From positions 7,136,001-7,200,000 of the forward strand of contig OY970194.1 of NCBI GenBank assembly GCA_963708075.1: a DNA stretch of 64,000 nt, in the 5' to 3' direction. The notes beneath the pieces were generated by a model. The model saw only the letters and a list, made by a program, of their open reading frames with translations. It did not search any database and was not told the DNA's origin. The DNA comes from Sedimentisphaerales bacterium. GTDB taxonomy: Bacteria; Planctomycetota; Phycisphaerae; Sedimentisphaerales; Anaerobacaceae. The translations under genes were made by a program, and so were the position numbers. Below, in pieces: positions 18,876-28,344 of the stretch (the stretch's first letter is position 1; each line of letters begins with the position of its first letter).

Positions 18876-20330
18876 ATGTGCAACAATCGCAATTTGTATT
18901 CGCGACGTCGGTTTCTCAAGACAACAGCGGCCGGTCTGGCAATGCTGACGCCGGCGGGGCGGGTGCTGGGAGCCAATGACGGAATCCGCGTGGCAGTGAT
19001 CGGTCTTGGTGGCAAGGGAGGCCAACACGCTCAGGTCTTCAGCAAGTTGGCAGGGGCGCGTTTGGTTGCGCTCTGCGATGTGGATCCGAAACGGCTGGCG
19101 GATCACGTCAAACGCTATGAGGGCGTGTTCTCCGCCACGGACCCGCGCAAGGTCCTGGAGAGGAAGGACGTCGACGCGGTTGTCATCGCGACGCCGGATC
19201 ACTGGCATGCGCTGCTCGCCATCTGGGCGTGCCAGGCCGGCAAGGACGTATACGTGGAAAAGCCGGTCTCCCACAACATCTGGGAAGGCGGTAAGATCAT
19301 CGAGGCGGCCAGGAAGTACAACCGCGTTGTCCAGGCGGGCACGCAGTATCGTTCCGACGAGGGACTCAAAGAAGCCGCCGCGTACATACGCCAGGGCAAT
19401 CTCGGCAAAGTACTCTGGGGACACGTCCTGTGGTACGAGCAACGCGGCAGTATCGGGAAAGTCGCCCCGTACACGCCGGATGGGCTCGACTATGATCTCT
19501 ATTGCGGGCCGGCGCCCGTGGAGCCTTTGCGTCGGGAGAAGCTGCATTATGACTGGCACTGGGTCTGGTCCACGGGCACGGGGGACCTGGGCAACAGCGG
19601 CATTCACGCGTTTGACGTCTGTCGCTGGTTCGCCGGCTACAACGACCTGCCTCCACGGGTCCTCTGCGCCGGCGGCCGCTTTGGAGTCGATGACGCCGGC
19701 CAGACGCCGAATACGCAGTTCACGATTCTGGCTTACGAGCCTGCTCCCATCTACATCGAGAACCGCAATTTGCCGATGCGCCCGGGCACGAAAGAAATGG
19801 ATCAGCTTCTGGGAATACGGGAGGGATTGATTCTGCAATGTGAAGGTGGATACTTTGCCGGCCTTCGCGGCGGCGGCTGGGCGTACGATAAGGACGGCAA
19901 GAAGATCCGGCAATTCAAAGGTGATGGTGGCGCGCAGCACGCGGCGAACTTCATTCAGGCCGTCCGGGATCGAAATGCCGAACGCCTGAATGCTCCGATC
20001 CGACAGGGGCATATCTCCTCCGGCGTCTGCCACCTGGGCAATCTCTCCTATCGTCTGGGATCGCCGGCAGTTGGCGAGGATATCTCGCAGGTTGGAGGCA
20101 GCTTCGCCAGGGCGCGCGAGACTATCGAGCGATTAGAGCAACACCTGCTCGTCAACAAGGTCGATCTTCAGAAGACGCCGATGTCCCTGGGGCCTTGGCT
20201 GACAATCGATCCGCAAACAGAGCAGATGACCGGGGCTGAGGCCCGCGGGCGAACAGTAAACGTGCAGGAGGCAGACCGGCTCGCTCACGGCTCCTACCGT
20301 CCGCCGTTCGTTGTGCCGGAACGCGTATAG
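18876..20330 (+). CDS. Tat-exported Gfo/Idh/MocA oxidoreductase
   Basis: SRRRFLK; VIGLGGKG; ATPDHWH; GKDVYVEKP. Confidence 0.92.
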   Translation: MCNNRNLYSRRRFLKTTAAGLAMLTPAGRVLGANDGIRVAVIGLGGKGGQHAQVFSKLAGARLVALCDVDPKRLADHVKRYEGVFSATDPRKVLERKDVDAVVIATPDHWHALLAIWACQAGKDVYVEKPVSHNIWEGGKIIEAARKYNRVVQAGTQYRSDEGLKEAAAYIRQGNLGKVLWGHVLWYEQRGSIGKVAPYTPDGLDYDLYCGPAPVEPLRREKLHYDWHWVWSTGTGDLGNSGIHAFDVCRWFAGYNDLPPRVLCAGGRFGVDDAGQTPNTQFTILAYEPAPIYIENRNLPMRPGTKEMDQLLGIREGLILQCEGGYFAGLRGGGWAYDKDGKKIRQFKGDGGAQHAANFIQAVRDRNAERLNAPIRQGHISSGVCHLGNLSYRLGSPAVGEDISQVGGSFARARETIERLEQHLLVNKVDLQKTPMSLGPWLTIDPQTEQMTGAEARGRTVNVQEADRLAHGSYRPPFVVPERV

Positions 20331-20368
20331 AAAGCGTCGATTCACCGACGTTCTGGAGGTGACAACCT

Positions 20369-22486
20369 ATGCGAGGAAGAGGCAGTCAAACGGTAGTGGC
20401 CTTGCTGTGCGTCGTGATCGCGTCGGGCGTGACGGCGGCTGAGCGCCGTATCACGTTCGAGTCGCAGGCAAATGCGCTGCTGATTCGCGTGGATGACCAG
20501 CCGCTGGCGACGTATGTCTACCGCGATCCGGAAATCCTCCGTCCCTACTTCAAGGACATCTGTGGGCCGGGAGGCATCCAAGTGACCCGGCAGCATCCGC
20601 CGAGAGAAGGTGCTGACCCGGCTGACCATGCGACGATGCATCCTGGGCTTTGGCTGGCATTCGGGGATCTGGGCGGGGCGGATTTCTGGCGGAACAAGGC
20701 GACCGTTGAGCACGGCGGATTTGTCAAGACGCCACATGCCGAGGGGGACAGGGGCACGTTCACCGTGCGCAATCGTTACGTCGCAGGAGGGGCCGCCATT
20801 TGCGAAGAGATCTGCACGTATACGTTCCAGGTGCGGCGGGCCGGCTATCTGATCCTCTGGGACTCCGTGTTTCAGTCAGAGCGGTCCGGCTTATACTTCG
20901 GTGACCAGGAAGAAATGGGCTTGGGTGTGCGGGTGGCGACGTCCATCATGGTCAAGCCGCGGGAGAATCATCGACCTGGCCGCATCCTGGACGACCGCGG
21001 GCGACGCAATGAGAAAGGCATCTGGGGTGAACAAGCGGCGTGGTGCGACTACAGCGGCTGGGTGGGTGATACCTTCGCGGGGATCATGGTCATGCCGGAC
21101 CTGCGAAACACAGCAGCTTGCCGATGGCACATACGGGACTATGGCTTGATGGTCGCCAACCCATTTGCTCAATCCGCTTTCAAGAAAGGGCCCGCGAATA
21201 GAACCGATATTGTATCGGAGCAGCCGTTCCATCTGCGCTTCGGCATCCTCATCCACGGCGCTCACAGCGAGGACAGTTTTGACCCGGCGATTGCTTATCA
21301 GGATTATCGAAGAGCCGAGGCCGAGCTTGGCACCGCTGGCTCCTGGCAGGTTGGCGCGCCCATCGTCACCTACTGGTGCGGCCCGTCACTCACCGACGCT
21401 GTCGCGCAGCAGATGGCCGAAGGGGGCTTCAATCTCGTCTGGTGCGGCAGTGAAAAGGAACTCGACGTCGCGCACCGTCACGGCCTGCGTGGCCAGCTCA
21501 CTGACGGCCTGCTCACACCCGCATCGCTCGACGACCCCCAACGCCGGGAGCAACTTGATGCTCTCATCGCTCGCGTCAGCCGGCACCCGGCGCTATACGC
21601 CTACCATCTCATTGACGAGCCCAGTGCATCGCAGTTCCCCGCACTCGGCAGATTGGTCGCGTACTTGCGCCAGCGCGATCCGCTGCACCTGGCCTACATC
21701 AACCTGTTTCCAACGTACGCCACCAACGAACAACTCGGCACAAAGGGCGACGTGGTCACCGCCTACAGGGAGCACCTGCGTCTTTACACCGAGCAGGTGA
21801 AACCTTCGCTGATCAGCTACGATCACTATCAGTTCAGACTCAAGGGCGACAGTGACCAGTACTTCCTGAACCTGGCGATGATCCGGCGGGCGGCACAGGA
21901 GGCAGGTGTGCCTTTCCTCAACATTGTGCAAGCCTGCACCTGGGCACCGGACGTGATGCGCGTGCCGAATGCGGACGAGCTTCGCTACCTGGTCTATTCG
22001 ACACTGGCCTACGGTGCGCAGGGCATCAGCTACTATGTGTATGCCTGCGCGAACCACCACGGCAGTCTCGTCAGCCTGGACGGGACGCCCGGGCCGCTCT
22101 ACCACGCGCTCCAATCCTACAATCGCGAGTTCGCCGCCATCGCCCGGGAACTCCAGCCGCTGCGCTCGCTGGGCGTGTATCACACCTCCATGCGTGAGCC
22201 CGGCTGCGAGCCGCTGCCGGCAGACGCCTCCTTCCACCTCGATTCGTCACCGTCGCCCGGCTCGCCGCGAGGCTTTCTGCTCGGCTTCTTCGGGACCGAC
22301 GCGAGATCGACTCACGTAGTCGTGGTAAACCTGGACTACACTGGGCAGGGGAGTACATCGCTCATTGGCCCGCGCGAACTGGAGCTTTTCGACGCTGCCG
22401 GCGCTCAATGGACCTCTGCGGAAAAGGCTGCCATCGAACTGATCCTGCCGCCCGGCGGAGGAAAACTGGTGCGAATCCCTCGATAA
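20369..22486 (+). CDS. Fusion: PmoA-family/DUF6807-like domain + glycoside-hydrolase-like TIM barrel domain
   Basis: Signal peptide; RPYF, DH..MHPGLW, LGVRVA, WHIRDYGL..ANPF (DUF6807-like). After ~21340: YHLIDEP, YINLFP, SYDHYQF, LAYGAQGISYY (clan A GH-like). Confidence 0.7.
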   Translation: MRGRGSQTVVALLCVVIASGVTAAERRITFESQANALLIRVDDQPLATYVYRDPEILRPYFKDICGPGGIQVTRQHPPREGADPADHATMHPGLWLAFGDLGGADFWRNKATVEHGGFVKTPHAEGDRGTFTVRNRYVAGGAAICEEICTYTFQVRRAGYLILWDSVFQSERSGLYFGDQEEMGLGVRVATSIMVKPRENHRPGRILDDRGRRNEKGIWGEQAAWCDYSGWVGDTFAGIMVMPDLRNTAACRWHIRDYGLMVANPFAQSAFKKGPANRTDIVSEQPFHLRFGILIHGAHSEDSFDPAIAYQDYRRAEAELGTAGSWQVGAPIVTYWCGPSLTDAVAQQMAEGGFNLVWCGSEKELDVAHRHGLRGQLTDGLLTPASLDDPQRREQLDALIARVSRHPALYAYHLIDEPSASQFPALGRLVAYLRQRDPLHLAYINLFPTYATNEQLGTKGDVVTAYREHLRLYTEQVKPSLISYDHYQFRLKGDSDQYFLNLAMIRRAAQEAGVPFLNIVQACTWAPDVMRVPNADELRYLVYSTLAYGAQGISYYVYACANHHGSLVSLDGTPGPLYHALQSYNREFAAIARELQPLRSLGVYHTSMREPGCEPLPADASFHLDSSPSPGSPRGFLLGFFGTDARSTHVVVVNLDYTGQGSTSLIGPRELELFDAAGAQWTSAEKAAIELILPPGGGKLVRIPR

Positions 22487-22602
22487 AAGGAGAAAACCGG
22501 CCGATCCTGCGGGATGCCGCGCCTGCCGCGGTTTATCCCTGGTTCTGCCGAATAATTGCACTGCGCCCATTTAGGGATCAGGGATTCTCAACCCCGGAGG
22601 GC

Positions 22603-22806
22603 TCATCTCAGGCAGGCAGCAGGGGCATTCACTTCCATCGTGTCCACTCGCTGGCAGACGGGGCATCGGTAGTGTCCCTCGGCGACGAGAAACTGGTGTT
22701 CCCGCCAGCCCACTACGCGAAATCTCTGCGGCAAAATGTGGCCGGGAAATTGCGCCTCGGGCGGGCATCTCTGATGCATTTGATGACTTACCTGCCGGTC
22801 ATCCAT
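22603..22806 (-). CDS. Small hypothetical protein with a CPVC motif
   Basis: GGAGGA upstream of ATG 22806; 67 aa; no recognisable family. Confidence 0.3.
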   Translation of the reverse strand: MDDRQVSHQMHQRCPPEAQFPGHILPQRFRVVGWREHQFLVAEGHYRCPVCQRVDTMEVNAPAACLR

Positions 22807-22981
22807 GATCGGTCCTCCCAATGTAGTCACCATTGACGAGAAAGAATTATAGCGGGCAGCATCGAGCAAGTCAACCCCCGGGACGTTTTATCACTTCTAT
22901 TTTGTCACTGCTGATGAACGGCATCCCCCCGGGCCCATAGAAGGGCCCACCAGGTGATCGTTGGCGGGTCCCCCTGACAGA

Positions 22982-23012
22982 AACAGGGGCGTCCCCATCG
23001 AACGCCCCTGTT
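22982..23012 (-). terminator. Hairpin downstream of the secreted protein gene
   Basis: aacaggggcgt...acgcccctgtt, an 11-bp stem with T residues on both sides. Confidence 0.6.
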
Positions 23013-23064
23013 GTTGACTACCGGAACTCTGCCGTCACTCGCTCGGGCATCAGCCCTTGCCCAA

Positions 23065-23823
23065 TCACAAACCCAGTTCGTTGTTCGCTTCGAGAATGTC
23101 CTTGAGGGTTTCCATGTCATCGGCATCACCGGCCGCCAAAGCGGCATTCACAGCCGCGATGACGCTGGCAGGCGAGAACTGATAGTTGATGTCCGGGTCG
23201 GAAGCGTTGAGCACTCCGGCGATCGCTTGCCTCAGCAGGATGATGGCTTTCTCGGCAAGAGTGGCGCCGCCGCCGGTTACCTCCGCTTCCAGGATGTCCA
23301 GCAGCGTGTATTCATCCAGATCATACAGGGCCCATTGCGCAAAGACCGACCCGACTGTCTGCGAGGGGCTGTAACCTGTCGGCGGCCAAGCCTCGGTGTG
23401 GTTCTTCCAGTACCCGACGCCCAGTCCCTGCCAGTCTGCGTCAGTGACTACAACGGTGACGCTCTCAGTGGCATCCCGGTCCGACTGATTGACATTATCA
23501 TGCCAGACCCTGAACGAGACTGTGTAGCTGCCCGCCGCCGCGGGGGTGAAGTCGAAGGTGGATGACCCCGAGATGGCGCCGGCAATCGGGATCTCTCCCT
23601 GGCCCACGCTGTCCACGTACCACTGGCACCGGTTCACATCTCTGTTGGTCGTCCAGGTAGCCGTAAGAGTCGTGGTCTGGCCAACCGTGATCGCGAGGTC
23701 GCCGGTGATATCGATGGTGGCTGAAAACGGGGGTTGCACCGCCGAGGCCGTGCCGGTCATCGCCGTGGCCAGTGCGACGGCGAGGATCAGTAAATAGCTT
23801 CTAATATGCGTACTTCTCATCAT
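23065..23823 (-). CDS. Secreted protein with Ig/PKD-like domain and C-terminal GYWKNH helical domain
   Basis: GAGGAG RBS; signal peptide ending ASA; beta-rich domain (AGSYTVSF); GLGVGYWKNH, LLRQAIAGVLNA. Confidence 0.8.
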   Translation of the reverse strand: MMRSTHIRSYLLILAVALATAMTGTASAVQPPFSATIDITGDLAITVGQTTTLTATWTTNRDVNRCQWYVDSVGQGEIPIAGAISGSSTFDFTPAAAGSYTVSFRVWHDNVNQSDRDATESVTVVVTDADWQGLGVGYWKNHTEAWPPTGYSPSQTVGSVFAQWALYDLDEYTLLDILEAEVTGGGATLAEKAIILLRQAIAGVLNASDPDINYQFSPASVIAAVNAALAAGDADDMETLKDILEANNELGL

Positions 23824-24466
23824 CTGTCTCCTCTTTTGTTGCATGTACTCGGATGTCTCTGTGCAGCACCCGTAGTCCCAGAGACATGCCGTTTGTGAAC
23901 CTTCCTGCCCGGCTCCAGCGGTGTCTGCCGGGAGCAGAGTTTATGGATGGCACACTCTCCGTCGGTGCGGTCATCACTCTCGATCACGATCCTCCTGCCT
24001 CCGTACGGGAGATGACTGCTCTCCATCTTTTCACTTCTCTGCCGCCTTCACCTCCTTTCAGCAGTTCCCTGACGGGTTATACATTTGTCTGTAGATTCAT
24101 CCGCAGCCCCTTGCTGCCTGCGGGATGAAGGTTTTCGTTCATAGAGTTGCAGATCCACACGCCGAGGATCCGAGGTTATACAAAGAGCACTGTGCATGCT
24201 CCTCCATGCAGGTGCCTGATTCTACCATCTCGTGGTTCCGATGTCTACCCAAAAGTGCCCAGTTTGCCTATTTTGCGGCAACTGAAGAAGTGGCCGGTAA
24301 TAGGGTGGCTTACCGTGTCGTGCCCGGGACCGCGTACGGCCAATTCCGACGCGGCCGGCTGAAATGGACCATGTATGCCGTGAAGTGATCGGCAGTCAGG
24401 GAGAGTTGAGAGGTTTATTCTGGGTTGCGGATGGGCGACGTCTCAGGGCTTCGTCGGCGGGTGCCC

Positions 24467-25066
24467 TCAAACGGTGGATGACATGGGGGCCGTTGCGCCG
24501 CGGACCGCCATGCGATAAATCGTGACACAGGTGGCCAGCATCATTCCGCTGAGAAAGCCGCCAATGTGGGCCACATACGCGGCTGGATACCCCCCAGCGA
24601 TTCCGGCGCCCAACGTTGCCAGGAACCATATCAGAATCAGCCAGGGTCCGAGCCTGCCGAGCCGATCGAAACAGAGCACCACGTATATTCCCAGGATGCC
24701 CATGATAGCACCGCTGGCGCCGATCACCGGCCGCCCGTCGTAAGCAATATGCACAAGCCCTGCACCGAGCCCCGTTGTGATGTATGCGAGAGCATAGGGC
24801 ACGTCGCCCAGGGCCGGGCATACATAACGACCGAAGATCCACAGCGTGATGAGGTTCCCGACGAGATGCGCCACGGTCATGTGGAGCCACATATGCCCGA
24901 ACAGCCCGGCCATCGAGAGTCTCTCCAAAACGAAGCCGGTGAGATAGCGAGCGCCGGGATCGAAAAACATCTGGACGGCAAACGCACAAGCTGCGGCCAG
25001 CATGATGACATAATTGCCGAGCGACGGAGCGACAGGACGCGGTGGTGCCACAGGGTGGGTCTGCAA
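24467..25066 (-). CDS. Rhomboid family intramembrane serine protease
   Basis: HMWLH....HLVGN, catalytic GASG and AHIGG; six TM segments. TTG start after GGAGGAG (25066 or 25072). Confidence 0.9.
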   Translation of the reverse strand: MQTHPVAPPRPVAPSLGNYVIMLAAACAFAVQMFFDPGARYLTGFVLERLSMAGLFGHMWLHMTVAHLVGNLITLWIFGRYVCPALGDVPYALAYITTGLGAGLVHIAYDGRPVIGASGAIMGILGIYVVLCFDRLGRLGPWLILIWFLATLGAGIAGGYPAAYVAHIGGFLSGMMLATCVTIYRMAVRGATAPMSSTV

Positions 25067-25461
25067 GGACAAGCTCCTCCAGGGTAAGCTGCTTTCAACC
25101 GAGTACACACCCAACACACGTAGTATACCCGCCCGCGGCCGCGACGTCAATGATAAAGTCCCATAGTCGCGTTGATGTTGCGGCAGCTAATGTTCGGCGG
25201 AAATCCAGGCCCGTGTGTACCGTGACTCCTCGCATTTTTGCAGGTTCTCGCCAATCTCCCCTCATGGCGAGACTTCAATGGCCCCAGGTTCCCCATTTTT
25301 CTCGTATTTCCAGACATTTGGAGATGGTTGAGTTAAGCGGGCTCCAATCGCTGCCGATAGACGGGGTAATGTCGAGTCATTCGCAAAGATTTTCTCACCC
25401 TTACACAAACGTGTTTCCGGGCGCAAAGAGAGATTGAATCGACTCATGGATAGTGACAGGT

Positions 25462-25971
25462 ATGGCTGAACAACGGCAGACAAAGAAGCTCGTTCTGGTG
25501 GTCGTTTTGGCGGTTGCGCTGGCATTCGTTCTGATCCCTCGGATGGGTGTCCTTTCCTTTGGGTCCGATAAGGGTGGCACGGCCGCAGGCTCAAATGGCA
25601 AAGCAGGACAGGCTGTGGCGGGGGAGGCCAAGAACATAGTGCCGGCCGGGAGCCTGGAGGTGAAATGGACGCGGCCGGATGCGATCGGGCCGGTCGTCAG
25701 TGACCCCATGCGCATGAATCTGCCCCAGAAGAAAACTGAAAAGGCCGGGACTGCCACGCCCGAGAAGGGCGAGCCAGAGTGGCGCGTCGCAGGCATCATT
25801 TATAGTACCCAGCAACCCTCCTCGATTATTGTCGATGGCCGCATCCTGCACGAGGGCGACATCATCCACGGCGCCACGGTGATCAAGATCACTGAAAGCC
25901 ACGCCGAGCTGAAGCAGGGCGACAAAACGTGGGAGATCAGTGCCGGCCAAACGAACAAACAACCCAAGTAA
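25462..25971 (+). CDS. PilP/GspB-like pilus accessory protein
   Basis: N-terminal TM segment, low-complexity linker, DPM motif, C-terminal VAGIIYS.....IVDGRILHEGD.I.GATVIKI; lies directly upstream of the secretin. Confidence 0.7.
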   Translation: MAEQRQTKKLVLVVVLAVALAFVLIPRMGVLSFGSDKGGTAAGSNGKAGQAVAGEAKNIVPAGSLEVKWTRPDAIGPVVSDPMRMNLPQKKTEKAGTATPEKGEPEWRVAGIIYSTQQPSSIIVDGRILHEGDIIHGATVIKITESHAELKQGDKTWEISAGQTNKQPK

Positions 25972-26019
25972 TTCTGGAAAAGAAGCGCAAGTCACAGTCA
26001 GTTCAAGGAGAAAGGAACT

Positions 26020-27570
26020 ATGAAATCGATACCCTGGCGTACAGTAGTGTGTGTGCTGATCCTGGCAATCGGCCTGGTGAGCCCCGCGGGGGCGCAAGAT
26101 CCCAACGCGCCGGCCGCCCCGGAACAGCGGATCACGGATTCCCAGCCGGCAGCGGAACAGCAGCAGGCGGTGGAGCTGCAGCAGGCAGCGGCGCTGCAAC
26201 AGCAGCAGCAGATGGCCGGCCCGGAGCTGCTACAGCGGATGAAGACCCGCGTCAGCGTGGATTTCCGTGAAGCCCCTATCGAGGACGTGATCAAGAGCCT
26301 GGCCCAGCAGGCGAACATCGACATCGTCAAGGGTCCCTCCGTGACGGGCAGCGTGACGGCCACCCTGACGGATGTGCCGCTGGAGGAAGCGATGGAGAGC
26401 ATCTTCACCGTGCACGGCTTCGGCTACACCACCAGCGAGTCCATCGTCCGGATCGTTCCGAAGAACGAGATGGCACAGTACATGATCAGGCTGCAGACGA
26501 AGGTCTACCACATCGACTACGCCGATTGCGAAGCGGTCAACAAAGCGATCAAGGATGTACTCTCGCCGCAGGGCAAGATCGCCATGAACAAGGAGACCGG
26601 GCACCTGTGCATCACCGATACCGACCAGAAGATCGAGATGATCGACAAGTTCATCGAGGAGATGGACCGCGAGACGCCCCAGATCCTCGTCGAGGCGAGA
26701 ATCTACGACGTGTCGTGCTCGGTCTTCCTGGATCTTGGCTTCGACTGGTCGGCAGGGACGATTACACTCTTCGACGGCGCGGGCAATGCCATCGATGCCG
26801 CGGGATCAAAGACGCAGCCGTTCGCAGCCGCCGGCTTCGCGAGCAGCGTCACCCAAGCCTCGAAGACGGCCGCTGGGCTGCGGCTGGGCGTACTCAACGA
26901 CCACATCAACTTGGACGTGATGTTCTCGGCCGCCAAGGATAATGTCAAGGCTCGGCTGCTGGCCAATCCCAAGGTCCTCGTCCTCAACGGCCGGCCGGCC
27001 GATATCAAGATTGTCTCAGAAATTCCGTACCAGGAGCTGACCCAGACCTCCGGCGGCGGCAACATCGGCACGACGAAATTCAAGGAAGTCGGCGTCCAGT
27101 TGCAGGTGACCCCGCAGCTCACGCGGGACGGCAAGGTCCGTCTCATGCTCAAACCTACATTCAGCGTCCAAACCGGCAACGTGCCGATCTTCATACCGCA
27201 AGGGAGCGGAACGCCGATCAGCAGCGCGCAGCCCGTCGTGGATAAGCGTGAGGCCCAGACCTTCGCCCTGATCCAGGACGGCCAGACCGTGGTCATCGGC
27301 GGCCTGCGCAAGCGCGACGTCGTGCAGGAGCTCTCCACCGTCCCGCTGCTGTCCGACATCCCGCTGCTCGGCGAACTGTTCAAGTTCCGCGGTGAGAAAG
27401 CGGTCAACAGCGAGTTGATCGTGTTCATCACGCCTCACATCATCACGGAGCCCGGCCTGGCGCCGTCCGACACACGGAAGCTCGAGGACATGAACAGCGA
27501 TCTGCGGGAGCCTGCGCCTGCGGCGCCGATCTTCGACTGCGGCACCAAGAGCGAAACACAAGAGCAATAG
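26020..27570 (+). CDS. pilQ: Secretin (PilQ/GspD family)
   Basis: Signal peptide; VSVDFREAPIEDV; PQILVEARI; LANPKVLVLNG; GQTVVIGGL; VPLLSDIPLLGELF; ELIVFITPHI. Confidence 0.92.
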   Translation: MKSIPWRTVVCVLILAIGLVSPAGAQDPNAPAAPEQRITDSQPAAEQQQAVELQQAAALQQQQQMAGPELLQRMKTRVSVDFREAPIEDVIKSLAQQANIDIVKGPSVTGSVTATLTDVPLEEAMESIFTVHGFGYTTSESIVRIVPKNEMAQYMIRLQTKVYHIDYADCEAVNKAIKDVLSPQGKIAMNKETGHLCITDTDQKIEMIDKFIEEMDRETPQILVEARIYDVSCSVFLDLGFDWSAGTITLFDGAGNAIDAAGSKTQPFAAAGFASSVTQASKTAAGLRLGVLNDHINLDVMFSAAKDNVKARLLANPKVLVLNGRPADIKIVSEIPYQELTQTSGGGNIGTTKFKEVGVQLQVTPQLTRDGKVRLMLKPTFSVQTGNVPIFIPQGSGTPISSAQPVVDKREAQTFALIQDGQTVVIGGLRKRDVVQELSTVPLLSDIPLLGELFKFRGEKAVNSELIVFITPHIITEPGLAPSDTRKLEDMNSDLREPAPAAPIFDCGTKSETQEQ

Positions 27571-27599
27571 CCGCGTTCGCCAGTACGAGAGACCCATTC

Positions 27600-27638
27600 C
27601 GGGTGGCCGCGCCGTCGGCGCTGCCACCCGCTTTTTTT
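27600..27638 (+). terminator. Rho-independent terminator of the secretin operon
   Basis: cgggtggc...gccacccg stem followed by T7. Confidence 0.85.
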
Positions 27639-27678
27639 GCGCGGGTACAGGCCGGTTATGCGAAGGATCAAGGGGGAG

Positions 27679-27752
27679 GTTTCAGGTTTGAAGTTTCACG
27701 TGTGAAGTGGCGGCCACGCACGTCAAACTTCACACTTCAAGCTTGGCACTTC
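27679..27752. repeat. Heptamer-array hairpin element (TTTGAAG/CTTCAAA type)
   Basis: Left arm tttcagg tttgaag tttcacg tgtgaag; right arm cgtcaaa cttcaca cttcaag cttggca. Confidence 0.8.
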
Positions 27753-27768
27753 TTCTACGCACGTGCGG

Positions 27769-28335
27769 TCACTGAGCTTTGACCTCGTAGAGGAGGGAGC
27801 ATTCGAGGACGCAGGACACAACGCCTCCCTTGTCCACTGCAGCGCTCGGCGTGAACGAATCGACAATCAGGACCGGGTAGTGCCGCTCCAGCTCATTGAT
27901 GAAGCGCAGCAGATCCGGGAACGCGCAGTCGAAGGATAGGACCATCTCGCGCTGGGCGATCCGCTTGATCTCGGCGGCGCCGACCTTATTGGTGGTGCGG
28001 ACGTGGCGGGCGGAGAAGTCCGCCAGGTGGTTCTTCTCGGAGAGGCTGCGCAGCTCGAAATCGAGTTGGCTGAGCTGCTCGGCGGTGAAGACATAGTTGG
28101 CGAATCGGCGTTCCATCTCCTCGCGTTCGGTCGTCAGTCGAGCCTGCTCCTTGGCGGAGCGGGCGTTCTTGAGCGAGGTGAACCACTCGGCGGCAGCATT
28201 GATCTCAGCCCGCGAGGCGTCCACGGCGCGGCCCCGGGGGGCCACCAGGCCGAAGTGGGCGGCAAGCAGGGCGGCCAGGCAGAAGACCCAGACGCCGATG
28301 AGTACAATGGGAACGCGGTAGTTGGCAATCTTCAC
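27769..28335 (-). CDS. pilO: PilO-like pilus assembly protein
   Basis: N-terminal TM, coiled coil, F.DLLRFINELE motif; follows pilM and pilN. Confidence 0.7.
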   Translation of the reverse strand: MKIANYRVPIVLIGVWVFCLAALLAAHFGLVAPRGRAVDASRAEINAAAEWFTSLKNARSAKEQARLTTEREEMERRFANYVFTAEQLSQLDFELRSLSEKNHLADFSARHVRTTNKVGAAEIKRIAQREMVLSFDCAFPDLLRFINELERHYPVLIVDSFTPSAAVDKGGVVSCVLECSLLYEVKAQ

Positions 28336-28344
28336 GGTTACTCC

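Noticed and set aside
20369..21310. Methane monooxygenase PmoA
   Set aside because: The domain is soluble and secreted with no pmoB or pmoC nearby. The family name is misleading.
23065..25066. Rhombosortase with a GlyGly-CTERM substrate
   Set aside because: The neighbouring secreted protein has no C-terminal transmembrane GlyGly tail.
26140..26215. CAG-rich repeat in the secretin gene
   Set aside because: It encodes an ordinary Gln/Ala low-complexity linker.
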